Shown in pieces: positions 1 to 11,672 of a DNA stretch of 64,000 nt. The notes under the pieces were generated by a model. That model ran no database searches and was not told the DNA's origin. It saw nothing but the letters and a program-made list of their open reading frames with translations. Source of the DNA: Chiloscyllium plagiosum (taxonomy: Eukaryota); assembly GCF_004010195.1 (NCBI RefSeq), contig NC_057749.1, positions 24,884,979 to 24,948,978 of the forward strand, given 5' to 3'. A program made the position numbers and the translations under genes. The first letter of the stretch is position 1; each line of letters opens with the position of its first letter.

Positions 1-17
1 GACCGTTTGTGTCAGCA

Positions 18-178
18 CAGTCAGTTCTGCTATAACGTGTCTTTCATTAACGCAAATAGGCTGTAATGTGATTGGGTGACTAGGGATTCCTTTTTCCAAA
101 AAGCGAACTTTTAAAGTGTGTGTTGGCTGTAATGCGATTACATTGCCAACACTTTAAGTGTATTTGTATTGTGTGATT
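18..178. mobile_element. Tc1/mariner (Tigger-like) MITE fragment
   Basis: Terminus cagtcagttctgctataacg resembles the termini of the element at 46943-47170. Confidence 0.4.
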
Positions 179-530
179 TGGAGATGCCGGTGTTGGACTT
201 AAATGCATTATCTGGGCCGACATGACACCAATTGTTAAAGTTCACTTGAGAATGTAACTTTTCGTGTCTGCGTGGGTTTCCTCCGGGTGCTCCGGTTTCC
301 TCCCACATCACAAAGATGTGCAGGGTCAGGTGAATTGGCCATACTAAATTGCCCGTAGTGTTAGGTAAGGGGTAAATGTAGGGGTATGGGTGGGTTTCGC
401 TTCGGCGGGTCGGTGTGGACTTGTTGGGCCGAAGGGCCTGTTTCTACACTGTAATCTAATCTAATCTAATCTAATCTTAACAATCAATCCAGGTCTTTTT
501 CAATATATAATTTCAGTTACATCAAACATT
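176..530 (-). mobile_element. PLE family-B terminal fragment split by an HE1 SINE
   Basis: gatttggagatgccggtgttggact matches the family-B tail at 42925-42952 and 57149-57172. Confidence 0.55.
263..477 (+). mobile_element. HE1-type V-SINE, 5'-truncated
   Basis: V-domain gtctgcgtgggtttcctccgggtgctccggtttcctccc, LINE-like 3' end, (taatc)n tail. Confidence 0.9.
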
Positions 531-800
531 CAATGTGTTCATGGCTGATCATCCAACTCAGTCTCCTGTTCCCACTGTCTCCCTCACACCCTTTGGTCCT
601 TTAACACCTTCTTGTTTTGACCTCAATTATGTTCTGTGGCAGCGAATTCCACAGGCTCACCAGTCTCTGGGTGAAGGTATTTCTCCTCATCTCAGTCCTA
701 AATAGCCTATCCTATATCCTTAGACTGTGACCCCCTGGTTCTGGAATTCCCCCGATTACTGGGAACATCATTCCTTTCTTGACCCTGTCTAGCCCCAGCA
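530..800 (-). mobile_element. CR1 LINE 3' fragment
   Basis: gaattccacaggctcacc...ctgggtgaag...cttagactgtgaccc is the antisense of the CR1 ORF2 C-terminus. Confidence 0.7.
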
Positions 801-889
801 TGTCCTTCTATACTTTTCTCCTACATTTGCAACTGTACCTCTCATATCAACTGTTCCTTGTGATGTTTTAGCCCTTATCCTAATTGCAA

Positions 890-1113
890 AACCTCCACAG
901 AGGCTGGTCTCCCGTGATAAAGTCACCCTTCATTTACACATGAATGGTTCTTTATTATAGTACTGCCTCATAGAGAGTAAGGCACTTGAATGTCAGTATC
1001 TCTGACACCCACCCTTTTTATCTGTCAGCCAGGGCTCCCTAATTGGACTGGGTTAAGAGCCCCAATTAGGGGACTCATGTCCCATAATGTCTAGCTGATC
1101 TCATATTACTACA
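890..1113 (-). mobile_element. Short solo LTR-like element (same family as 54613-54808)
   Basis: Minus strand begins tgtagtaat and shares ccctgattgggg / ctggctgacagat blocks with 54613-54808. Confidence 0.5.
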
Positions 1114-1224
1114 CAAACCACTCTCAGGGCTAATGTGTGCAGTGAATAACTAGATTACTTGGTGCTCTATGTAAGTTTGGATAAGTGTGTCCATTGAAGA
1201 TCTAAATAAATAGACTATGCCTAG

Positions 1225-1410
1225 GGGTTGGTTGGATCATTTGGTGGGACATCTTGGTTTGTAATGCATGGAGATACCAACAGTGTGGGTTCAATTCCTA
1301 CAATTGGCTAAAGTCACTATGAAGGATCCCATTTTCTCAAGTTCACCCCTCACATATGGTGACCCTTGGGTTAAACTCACCACCAGTTCTCTTTCTAATT
1401 AGAGAGCGGG
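1225..1410 (+). mobile_element. tRNA-derived SINE (unnamed family, same as 43459-43685)
   Basis: B-box ggttcaattcc; shared ggttaaa-tcaccac...gagagc block. Confidence 0.55.
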
Positions 1411-1511
1411 AGTAGAGTATTAACATGCATAAAATAGAGATGCATAAGCTCGAAAACTGTTCTTAACCTCATCTTCTCCTCAACCAATCTGTCTTGAACC
1501 CAAACTCTCAG

Positions 1512-1862
1512 GAGGTGGCTCAGCGGTTAGCACTGGTACTTCACGGCACCAGAGACCCTGCTTCGATTCCAACCGAGGGGGCAACTGTCTGTGTGGAGTT
1601 TGCACATTCTCCCCGTGTCTGCATGGGTTTCCTCTGGGTGCTCCGGTTTCTTCCCACAATTCAAAGTTGTGCCGACTAGGTGAATTGGCCATGCTTAATT
1701 ACCCATAGTGTCCAGGGATGTGTAGGTTAGGTGCATTGGTCAGGGGAAATGTAGAGTGATAGGGTAGGGGGAATGGGTCTGGCTGGGATACCCTTCAGAG
1801 GGTCAGCGTGGACTTGTTGGCAAAGTGGCTTGTTTCCACACTGTAGGGATTCTATGATTCTA
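1512..1862 (+). mobile_element. HE1-type V-SINE
   Basis: A-box tggctcagcggttag, B-box ttcgattcc, V-domain, tail gattctatgattc. Confidence 0.9.
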
Positions 1863-2186
1863 AAACCACGTGGTAAATGGATCTGTGATGGAGTTTGCAC
1901 TTCACATACATCCTCAACTCAGCTTTTCAATACACCTGGCTATGCCCTGTCGTCTCACGGGGCTGAAATTGTATCCTCTTTCGCCTTCTCCTGGTTCAAT
2001 CATCCCCAACACCAACCTGTCTGAGACTTTCTGGATGGATGCTTGGAAAGGCCGCTGAAGGTTTCCCCACTGCCCTGCGTAGTCTGCCTGGGAGGGGGTG
2101 AGGTGGGAGGGGGCTGGGGTTGGGGGGTACCATGTCACGAGAGAGAAGCCTCATTGCTTGGGCTGGAATTGGTCGGAACTTAACCA

Positions 2187-2356
2187 GAGCTGGAAATGTG
2201 TTGCTGGAAAAGTGCAGCAGGTCAGACAGCACCCAAGGAGCTCATACTCGAAACGTCGATTCTCCTGCTCCTTTTATGTGGCCTGACCTGCTGCACTTTT
2301 CCAGCAACACATTTTCAGCTCTGATCTCCAGCATCTGCAGTCCTCACTTTCTCCCA
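2187..2356. mobile_element. PLE family-A fold-back unit
   Basis: Inverted arms; TSD gaacttaacca at 2176-2186 and 2357-2367. Confidence 0.8.
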
Positions 2357-2751
2357 GAACTTAACCAATTTTACAACTTTACCAATACCTTCCACCCTGA
2401 CCTCAAATTCACCATCTCAGAAACTTCCCTCTCCTTCCTGGACCTCTCCATCACCATCTCTGGTGACTGACTAATCACAGACATATACTACAAGCCCACA
2501 GCCACCTACTCTATATCCTCCCACCCCACCTCCTGTAAAAACACCATCCCTTATTCCCAATTCCTCCACCTCTGCTGCATCTGTTCCCAGGATGACCAAT
2601 TCCACCTGAGAAAGTTCCAGATGGCCTCTTCTTCCACGACTGCAACTTCCCTTCCCACATGGTTGACGATGCCCTCCAGTGCATCTCCTCCACTTCACGC
2701 ATCACCGTCCTTGATCCCCCACCCCTCCCAACGCAACAAGGACAGAACACC

Positions 2752-2956
2752 TAGGAGAAAGTGAGGACTGTAGATGCTGGAGATCAGAGCTGAAAAATGA
2801 GTTGCTGGAAAAGCGCAGCAGGTCAGGCAGCATCCAAGGAACAGGAGAATCGACGTTTCGGGCATAAGCCTGAAGAAGGGCTTATGCCCGAAACATCGAT
2901 TCTCCTGCTCTTTGGATGCTGCCTGGCCTGCTGCGCTTTTCCAGCAACACATTTTT
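2752..2956. mobile_element. PLE family-A fold-back unit
   Basis: Inverted arms around ctgaagaagggcttatgcccgaaac; TSD aaggacagaacacc at 2738-2751 and 2957-2970. Confidence 0.85.
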
Positions 2957-2982
2957 AAGGACAGAACACCCCCTGGTTTTCA

Positions 2983-3444
2983 NNNNNNNNNNNNNNNNNN
3001 NNNNNNNNNNNNNNNNNNNNNNNNNNNNNNNNNNNNNNNNNNNNNNNNNNNNNNNNNNNNNNNNNNNNNNNNNNNNNNNNNNNNNNNNNNNNNNNNNNNN
3101 NNNNNNNNNNNNNNNNNNNNNNNNNNNNNNNNNNNNNNNNNNNNNNNNNNNNNNNNNNNNNNNNNNNNNNNNNNNNNNNNNNNNNNNNNNNNNNNNNNNN
3201 NNNNNNNNNNNNNNNNNNNNNNNNNNNNNNNNNNNNNNNNNNNNNNNNNNNNNNNNNNNNNNNNNNNNNNNNNNNNNNNNNNNNNNNNNNNNNNNNNNNN
3301 NNNNNNNNNNNNNNNNNNNNNNNNNNNNNNNNNNNNNNNNNNNNNNNNNNNNNNNNNNNNNNNNNNNNNNNNNNNNNNNNNNNNNNNNNNNNNNNNNNNN
3401 NNNNNNNNNNNNNNNNNNNNNNNNNNNNNNNNNNNNNNNNNNNN
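2983..3444. other. Assembly gap (462 N)
   Basis: Run of N. Confidence 1.
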
Positions 3445-4154
3445 ACCTTCTCCCTCACCTTCATCCACCTATCGCTTTCTCAGCTACTTTCCCCCAAACC
3501 CCACCCCCTCTCCCAATGATCTCTCAGCCCCCCCCGGCCCACAAGCCTCATTCCTGATGAAGTGCTTATGCATGAAACGTTGATTCTCCTGCTCCTCAGA
3601 TGCTGCCTGACCTGCTGTGCTTTTCCAACATCACACTCTCAGCTCTGATCTCCAGCATCTGCAGTCCTCACTTTCTCCTAGAACTCACACCACACTAGGT
3701 TATATTGCTGCTCTGAAAGCTTGTGATTGCAAATGAAAATGTTGGACCATAACCTGGTGTCATGTGACCAATTCAGGCCCACTCAAACAACGGCACCTCT
3801 ACATCATTGGGCTGGAATTGGCAAGGATTGGGGGAACCCTCTATATACAAGCACCCCTTACCTCTGGAGGCACTGCCTGCAATCTCAGCAGTGACCACTG
3901 CTCCAAGGTGGCGCTGTGGACCCAATAGGCCGGCCACTCTCTAAGGGGTGACTTCCTCCCGAGGCAGGGACAGGAATCCTGCTCCCGACCCCAATCTATT
4001 GTGGTGCAGCAGCCAGGATTGTAGGATGGGGTCCTCCCCAAATCCTTTCAGTCGGACGGGGGGGGGGGGGCTTGTATATGTGAAGGGGGCAAGAAAGTGG
4101 ACCGTAGTATCCAGCCTGGCACTCGACTAGTTTCCTTTTGAAAGAGGGCAATTA

Positions 4155-4425
4155 GACCATAAGATGTAGAAGCAGAGAGAGACCATTCGGCCCATCAATC
4201 CTGCTCTTCCATTGATCATAGTAGACAAGCAGGAGGCTCTCTACTTTGGATTCCTGCATCTGCAAGTTTCTTTTTGTCTCTGCCATTCACTCGTGGCTGA
4301 TATTTTTCTCAACCCCATTCTCCTGCCTTCTCCCTGTAAACCTAGATCCCCTGTCTATCAAGGGTCTGTCTATCTCTGTCTTAAAGACACTCAGTGACTT
4401 GGCCTCTGAGTTCCACAGATTCACA
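4155..4425 (-). mobile_element. CR1 LINE 3' end
   Basis: agaccataaga...ccattcggccc...gagttccacagattcac. Confidence 0.65.
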
Positions 4426-4435
4426 ACAACATTGT

Positions 4436-4578
4436 ATCTAGATTAGATTAGATTACATTACAGTGTGGAAACAGGCCCTTCGGCCCAACAAGTCCACACC
4501 GACCCGCCGAAGCGAAACCAATCGATACCCCTACATTTACCCCTTACCTAGCACTAGGGGAATTTAGTATAGCCATTC
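4436..4578 (-). mobile_element. HE1 SINE 3' part
   Basis: (gatta)n, acagtgtggaaacaggcccttcggcccaacaagtccacaccg. Confidence 0.85.
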
Positions 4579-5674
4579 TAACCACTCAAGAAAACATCCT
4601 TTGTATTGATAGAATTTATTTGTAGATCTCTTGCATCTGTGACCCTGAGTTTTGGTTCTCCCACAATTCTCTCTCTGCCCTGTCTGTCCCATTCATAACT
4701 TTACAGAGCTCAGCTGGGCTCTTTTCGAGAGAGAAAAACTCCCAACTTGCTCTGTCTTCTCCTCCTGTCGTGGCCTGTCTGTTTCAGTTAATTACTTCTG
4801 TGTTAATTGCAAAATAACAGCCCCTTGACTAAATCACTGTTTCTGCCCACGGTAGTTGTCTTTAACAATCATTGTGTGTACAACAAGATTTTCCTGTTTT
4901 GCTTAAGAATGCAAGCATTGGACCTAGTCCCAGAGCAATGTCTTGGCCTCAGGGGCAGGGGTGGGGGGGAAGGGACATAACTAATATTGGAGTTTATCCA
5001 GATGGTTTACAGTTAATATCATTTGTACGTTTCTCTATGTCATAAAAATGCCTGTGCTCATATTTCAACCCGAAAAATTAATTGGACAACAGAACTTTAA
5101 ATGGATGGTTTGTTATGATCGTCAAGTGAAGACTCCCAGGACATGACACATTTTCCGTAATATTTTCCCTGTTTAAATATGCGCCTAAGAGTGGCTGTCA
5201 TGAGCGTTGTAGCACTTAATCAATGAACATTTAAATTCCGAAAGTGAAAAGCTGCAAATCCAGCTAATTTGTTATGTGGGCCCATAGCAAAAAGAAGTGA
5301 GTTTGCAATTTAAATGTTTGATTGTTTGATTCTCTGATCCAAGGCATATTTGCCGCTTGTAGCTCACACACAGACTGTGGTTCCAAACAGAAAGGAAAAG
5401 CTGCAACTCTGCATGTTGAAAGGATCAGAACAGTTTCTCTTACTCACAGGTAGTTGAAGATCACACATTCCTCACTTCTATCATCCGGGTGGGACTGGGC
5501 GAAATCAACACAGATCTTCTGCAAACAATCCTTTTGCAAAGGCTGGGAAAAGAGCTCCCACCACTCACTGACACCCAGAGTTTAAAAGCAGTTTGGATAA
5601 GTACATGAATAGAAAAAGGTTTGGAGGGATATGGGCCAGGGGCAGGCAGGGGGAATGAGTTTAGTTTGGGATTA

Positions 5675-6384
5675 TTTCGGAGTAAATTACTGCAGATGCT
5701 GGAATCGGTACTGAAAACAAAACAAACATTGCAGGAGATTAAAGTGGGTCAGGCAGCATCCATGGAGAGAGAGCAAGCTAACGTTTCATAGAACATAGAA
5801 CAGTGGAGCACAGTACAGACCCTTCAACCCTTGATGTTGTGCCAGCCTTTTATCCTACTCTAAGATCAAACTAACCTACATTCCCTTCATTGTACTAACT
5901 TATGTGTCTATCCAAGAGTTGATTAAATGTCCCTAATGTACCTGACTTTACTATCACTGCTGGCAGTGAATTCCACATACCCGCCACCCTCTGTGTAAAG
6001 AACTGACCTCTGACATCTCCCCTAAACCTTCCTCCAATCACCTTAAAATTATGCTCCCTCATGATAGACATTTCCGCTGTGGGAAAAAGTCTCTGGCTAT
6101 CCACTCTATCCATCCCTCTCATCACCTTGTACACTTCTATCAAGTCACCTCTCATCCTTCTTCGCTCCAATGAGAAAAGCCCCAGCTCCCACAAACTTTC
6201 TTCATAAGACACACCCTCCAGTCCAGGCCGCATCCTGGTAAATCTCCTCTGCACCCTCTTGAAAGCTTACACATCTTTCCTATAATGAGGCGACCAGAAC
6301 TGAATAGTCATCTTGACTCAAGATTTTAGCTTGCTCTCTCTATAGATGCTGCTTGACCTGCTGTGACCTCCAGCATTTTTTATT
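5675..6384. mobile_element. PLE family-D fold-back unit split by a CR1 insertion
   Basis: Arms ~5679-5787 and ~6306-6384 are inverted; TSD tttagtttgggatta at 5660-5674 and 6385-6399 lies inside a CR1 3' end. Confidence 0.7.
5788..6305 (-). mobile_element. CR1/HER1 LINE 3' fragment
   Basis: ORF 5895-6254 QRRFTRM..LGLFSLERRRMRGDLIEVYK..FFTQRV..WNSLP; (catagaa)n tail. Confidence 0.92.
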
Positions 6385-6547
6385 TTTAGTTTGGGATTAC
6401 GGTTGGAGTGGATTGATTGGAGTGAAGGGTCTGCTGCAGTGTCATATGATTTGATGACTCTAATAATAGCTATTGAGCACGTGCGTATGGAAATATGTCA
6501 TACTAATGTCAGATCTCATGGAATTGAGACCCAAGTCTATAAAAATA

Positions 6548-6861
6548 TACAATCCCTACAGTGTGAAAGTAGGCCATTTCGCCCATTAAGTCAGCACTGA
6601 CACTCCGAAGAGCATCCCACCCGGACCCACCTCATCCCTGTAACCCTGCCTTTCCCATGGCAGATCCACCTAACCTGCACATCCCTAGACACTATGGGCA
6701 ACTTAGCATGGTCAGTCCACCTAACCTACTCATCTATGGACTGCGGGAGGAAACACTGGCAGAATGTACAAACTCCAGATAGACAGCGATCTGAAGGTGG
6801 AATCGAACCCAGGTCCCTGGTGCTGTGAAGCAGCAGTGCTGACCGCTGAGCCACTGTGCCC
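6548..6861 (-). mobile_element. HE1-type V-SINE
   Basis: Reverse complement of HE1 head, V-domain and tail. Confidence 0.85.
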
Positions 6862-7117
6862 AGAAATGATCCCTCCTGTATCCGTTGCTATAGTTATAGT
6901 TAACAAGTGTTGTGAATGTTCACAGACAAACTGCCCTCTAATAAAAACCCAGCCATGATCTTACTACAGTTGTAGGCTTGTGTGGGTTGGTACAAGTCAA
7001 AATAATCTTCATACAGGATCATGAGGAGGCCATTCATCCCTTCAAGTCTGTTTTACCTCTCAATTAAATCATTATTGAACTATCTTTTAGCCCTACTTAC
7101 ATAGTACCTTTTACAAT

Positions 7118-7258
7118 TGTTCACTAATGTATTTAAGGGAAGGAAATCTGTCGTCCTTACCTGGTCTGGCCTACACGTAACTCCAGACTCCAATGCATGT
7201 GGACTCTTAACTGCCCTCTGGGTAATTTGGGATGGGCAATAAATGCTGGCCTCGCCTG
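7118..7258 (+). mobile_element. SINE family-2 3' fragment
   Basis: gggaaggaaatctg..ccttacctggtctggcctacac..gggatgggcaataaatgctgg. Confidence 0.75.
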
Positions 7259-7399
7259 TGATTGAGTCAAATAAAATCCACTGGACATCTCTAATCACTT
7301 CAGAACCGATGGAGCACTGCTGGAGCTGATAGTCTCTTTTGAGTGAGAATGAGAAGCAGATGAAGACTGCATTGGGAGGAAAGACTGTATTGGGAGGAA

Positions 7400-7722
7400 A
7401 GACTGTTACACGTAGCAAATGCAGCAACCAATGCGTATACAACAAGCTCCAAACAGCAGCAATGTGATCGTAACCAGATAATCTGATTTGTTGCATTGAG
7501 GGATAAGCGTAGGCCAAGACACTTGTGATGACTCCCTGTTGTGCTCTGAAACAGCATAACAGGTCGTTCAGGGTAGATGTAGAAAGCAGTTGGGACCTTG
7601 AATGATCTCTCAATCAAAAGATAGCACCTCTGACAGTGCAGCATTCCCTCAGCATGACCCTGGGCCACCAGACTTCACCGTCATGCTCAGGCGGTGGAGT
7701 GGGTCTTGAACTTTGTGATTCT
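7400..7722 (-). mobile_element. Deu-domain SINE (SacSINE1/AmnSINE1-like)
   Basis: Minus strand gctgagggaatgctgcactgtcagaggtgc...cagattatctgg...cacattgctgctgtttggagcttg. Confidence 0.7.
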
Positions 7723-7846
7723 GTAGTTGGTTGCCCAGGGAGACAGTAAGGATCGAGTGGCCTTATTTCTCTCTACTGAGGGTGAGATGTTGAGGTGGAG
7801 TGGGGTGGGGAAACTTTGTTTTTGATGTTAGTCCCATCCTTGTACC

Positions 7847-8385
7847 ATGAGAAGGGAAAGATATAAAAGGAACAGAAGGGGCAAATTTTCCACACAAAGG
7901 ATAGCGTGTGTATGGAATGAGCTGCCAGAGGAAGTGGCGGAGGCTGGAACAATTACTAAATTTAAAAGGTATCTGAATGCGTGCATGAATAGGAAGGGTT
8001 TAGAAGATATGGGTCAAATGCTAGCAAATGGGACTAGATTAATTTATGATATCTGGTCAGCATAGACGAGTTGGACCAAAGGATCTGTTTCTGTGCTGTA
8101 TAGGTTTGAAAAAAAACTGAGCGGCACTGTGGCTCAGTGGTTAGCACTGCTGCCTCACAGAACCAGGGTCCCAGGTTCAATTCCAGCCTTGCATGATGTT
8201 TGCACATTCTGCATGGGTTTCCTCCCACAGTCCAAACTTGTGCAGGTCAGGTGAATTGGCCATGCTAAATTGCCCATAGTGTTAGGTGCATCATTCAGAG
8301 GGAAATGCGTGGGTTGTTCTTCAGAGGGTCGGTTTGGACTGGTTGGGCCGAAGGGCCTGTTTCCACACTGTAGGGAATCTAATCT
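7847..8385 (+). mobile_element. CR1 3' end (7847-8101) followed by HE1 SINE (8120-8385)
   Basis: WNELPEEVAEAGTI; HE1 head gcggcactgtggctcagtggttagc. Confidence 0.85.
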
Positions 8386-8877
8386 CTCTGACTCTATGTG
8401 GACTCACTGGCACTTTCTGCCCCTCTGTCGGAATGGTAAAGACTCAATTGTGTTCACTGGAAACAGCTGAGCTGCCTTGGGGCTAAATTCACTGCCACCA
8501 ATAATTGGGATTAGTCCAAGTTACTGAGACCAAGGGGGAAGCAATGCCCGCACAGACCCTTTGCCAGTAATGGTTTATCACAGAGTATTCAGTTTATACT
8601 CTTTCTGAGACACATGATGGTCTCTTGTGAGACTATCAGACTCGATTTAGGAGTTAGTACAGATTGTGGCCAGATACATTGATTTGGACACTTGCTGCTT
8701 CCTAACTAGAACAACAATTGGTTCTGCCATCCTGCAGACACTCCTCTACATCACGATCGGTTTGGCTTAGCTGGTGACGTCAGTTCATTTTCTAAGCTAC
8801 TGACTGCTCTATACATCACCTTTTTGGGGACACTGTGCAACGTGAGAGTTACTAACTCCCCAGGATTGTCCTGGAGT

Positions 8878-10160
8878 CTCATAAGATCATGACTCATTTG
8901 GGCTGTAGTAGGCCATTCAGCCCATTGAACTCGCTCTGCCATCCAATGAAATCTTGGCTCATCAGATAATCCTCAGCTTGGTTTCCCTGTATTTTCCCCA
9001 TAACCCGTGATTAAAAAATCTGTCTGTCAGTCTCGAACATGACAGCCCTCCACAGTAAAGAATTCTACAGATTCACTACCCTCTGAGCAAAGACATTCCT
9101 ATCTTAATTACTCTGAGATTAAACCCTCTGGTCCTAGATTCTTCCACAAAGGGAAACAACTTTTCCACATCTACCCCTGTCAACTCCAGTAGGAATCTTA
9201 CAAGATTTCAATAAGGTCACTCCTCTAAGGTCAATTTTCCAATGAGTACAGTCCCAACATACCCAATCTCTCCTCATTAGATCGTCCCTCCATAGCTGGG
9301 AGCAGCCTCACAAACCTTCTCTGGACTGTCTCCAATGCTAATACATCTTTCATTTAGTTAAGGGGACTAAAACTGCTCACAGTATTCTAGGTGCGATCTG
9401 ATTACTGGGAGAGAGTGAGCACTGCAGATGCTGGAGGTCAGACTTGGAGAGTGTGGCGCTGGAAAAGCACAGCCAGTCAGGCAGCATCCGAGGAACAGGA
9501 AAGTCGACGTTTCGAGCGTAAGCTCTTCAGCAGGAATGTTTTTACCAACTCCCCCCAGACCTCCCCCTCACTGAGGATGAATGATCAGTCCTCAGTAAAG
9601 GCCTCACCTTCATCCCCCTATGCTCCTCGATCAATGAATTCAACACGCATTGTGACATTGAATATTTCTTCCACTGCCTCCCCCTCCAGGCATAATTTTT
9701 CCATCAGGACTCCCGCCCACCCTCCAAGCAACTCTTCCCCCACCTTCAACACATCCCATCCACCTGGACACCCCATGTTGGTCTGTTACCCGCCCTTGAT
9801 CTCTTCATCTCACGATCTGATTACTGCCTTGTGTGGTTTTAGTAAAACCCCCCCTATTTTTACACTCCCTCAGAAATCCATCTGCCTTCCCAATTACCTG
9901 TTGAACTTGGATGTTAGCTTTTTGCAATTCATGGGTTGGTGACTCCCAAATCGCTTTGTTCTGGAACTTTCCGCTTTCTTTCTCCATTTAAATAAAGTTC
10001 AGCTCCTTTATTCTTCCTGGCAAAGTGTTTAAGCTCACATTTACCCACATTATATTCCATCTGCAAAATCTTTTTGCCCATCTTAACCTGTCTATATCTC
10101 TCTGCATGTCATCCTCACTATTTATCTTCCCTCCCAATTTTGTGTCATCAGCAAATAGCA
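8878..10160 (-). mobile_element. CR1 LINE fragment interrupted by a PLE insertion at 9408-9812
   Basis: LFADDTKLGG in ORF 9988-10326; 3' tail near 8880. Confidence 0.8.
9408..9812. mobile_element. PLE insertion: inverted tailed pLTR plus ORF N-terminal fragment
   Basis: Plus frame PPDLPLTEDE*SVLSKGLTFIP (PLE N-terminal motif); TSD cgatctgattactg at 9394-9407 and 9813-9826. Confidence 0.75.
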
Positions 10161-10305
10161 ACTCTCCAAGTCCCTGAGGCCAATAAACACAGGAGAATAA
10201 TAATTGTGCTGTTAGAATATTGCCGCTTTTGAGAAAAATGTTGTTGATTGCTTTCGACTGGCTAAAGCAGTCTGAAAACAACTGGATCTGAGGGACAGAG
10301 CTGCT

Positions 10306-10423
10306 TGATTGACAATCTAGAACCATCCAATCAATGGTGAAGAATGGTCAGTTTGCAATCTGATTGGACAAGGCACCACAAGGCTGGACACTCCTAGCCA
10401 ATAGGAGGAGTGAGTGGGCGGGG
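10306..10423. promoter_or_regulatory. Candidate CCAAT/GC-box promoter module
   Basis: TGATTGACA at 10306; CCAAT 10327, ATTGG 10363, CCAAT 10398; GGGCGGGG 10416. Confidence 0.35.
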
Positions 10424-10734
10424 ACATTCAGCGAGGGGAGGCTGTGTTGTGATGAAACCCTCAGAATACATCCAACCAAAGTTAGAAGTTCTGCTCAGTA
10501 GTCCCCCTGCTCCAGATAATCTTGAAAAAGACTCTTTATAAGTTTTGCCAGATTGACATACACTGGTAAATACAACTGCATTCCCTGGACCAGGATTTGT
10601 AAACTGAAATAGAAAACTTCTCTTGTAACTAGATTCACCCACAACCTTTGGATTTCATCTGGGATTGTGAATGGTGCATGAATCATCAAAGCCTGTCTAA
10701 CATCAAAAAGGATTGCCTTCATTGCTCAGATCTT

Positions 10735-11310
10735 GGAGTACAGGAGTTGGGAAGTCATGTTGGGACATTGGTGAGGCCTCTTCTGGAATATTGTGTCCAG
10801 TACTGGTCACCCTGTCATTGGAAGGATATTATTAAGTTGTAGAGGGTTCAGAAGAGATTTACCAAGATGTTGCTGGGAATGGAGGGTTTGAGATATAAGG
10901 AAAGGCTGGGTAGACTGGGACCTTTTTCACTGCAACGTTGAGAGGAGACCTTATAGCGGCTTATAACATTATGAAAGATATACATGGGGTTAATGGTAGT
11001 TATCTTTTCACCAGGATGAGGGAGTTCAAGATCAGGGGGCATATTTTTAAGGTGAGAGGAGAGAGGTTTAGAAAAAACATGGGGGCAAATGTTTTACACA
11101 GAAGGTGGTTTCAGTCTGGAATGAACATCCTGAGGAAGTGATGGATGCGGGCACAGTTACAAAGTTTTAAAAGACACTTAGATAAGTACATGATTAGGAA
11201 AGTGGAATGGAACAGGAGTAGGCAGGTGGGACTAGTTAAGTTTGGGATTATATTTGGCATGGACTGGTTAGTCCAAAGGGTCAGTTTCCGTGCTGTATGA
11301 CTCTATGACT
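10735..11310 (+). mobile_element. CR1/HER1 3' fragment
   Basis: LVRPLLEYCVQYWSP; RGDLI; (tatgactc)n tail. Confidence 0.9.
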
Positions 11311-11359
11311 TCATCACCACCTTGACTGGAGATTGAGAAAACAGCCATCTATCTTAATG

Positions 11360-11672
11360 AAGAGGAGATGGCTTATCACTAGACTGTTGATCCCAAGATA
11401 ATGTTCTGGGGACCTGGGTTCAAATCCTGCCAGTGGAATTTAGATTCAATAAAATTCTAGAATTACGAGTCTAATGATGACTTCAAAACCATTATCAATT
11501 GTCAATTAAAGGTCCAACTGGCTCACTAATATAATTTAGCAAAGGGAACTGCCCTCCTCACTTGGTTTGACCTACACGTGACTCCAGACCCACAGCAACA
11601 TGACTCCCCTCTGGGCAATTAGGAATGGGCAATAAATGCTGGCCTGACCAGCGATGGCCACATCCATAAAAA
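11360..11672 (+). mobile_element. SINE family-2
   Basis: B-box ggttcaaatcc, family core, gggcaataaatgctggcc tail. Confidence 0.75.

Larger units (their letters stand above)
2173..3806 (+). mobile_element. Composite Penelope-like element (RT C-terminal fragment, gap, pLTRs) with nested hairpin insertions
   Basis: ELNQFYNFTNTFHPDLKFT..SFLDLSITISGD; 15-bp flanking duplication ttgggctggaattgg at 2158-2172 and 3807-3821. Confidence 0.75.

Noticed and set aside
1480..1692. Recurrent short ORFs such as MAQWLALLPHS.. and MCCWKS..
   Set aside because: Translations of HE1 SINE and PLE terminal repeats, not genes
2912..3583. Long ORFs spanning the N run
   Set aside because: Artefacts of the assembly gap
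3660..3681. PLE tail ending at a 3' splice site (ctcactttctcctag)
   Set aside because: The AG is not kept in the variant tail (tttttacctc) or in families B and C
3898..3916. CTCF-like motif ctccaaggtggcgctg
   Set aside because: Only the 3' half matches; a single weak hit
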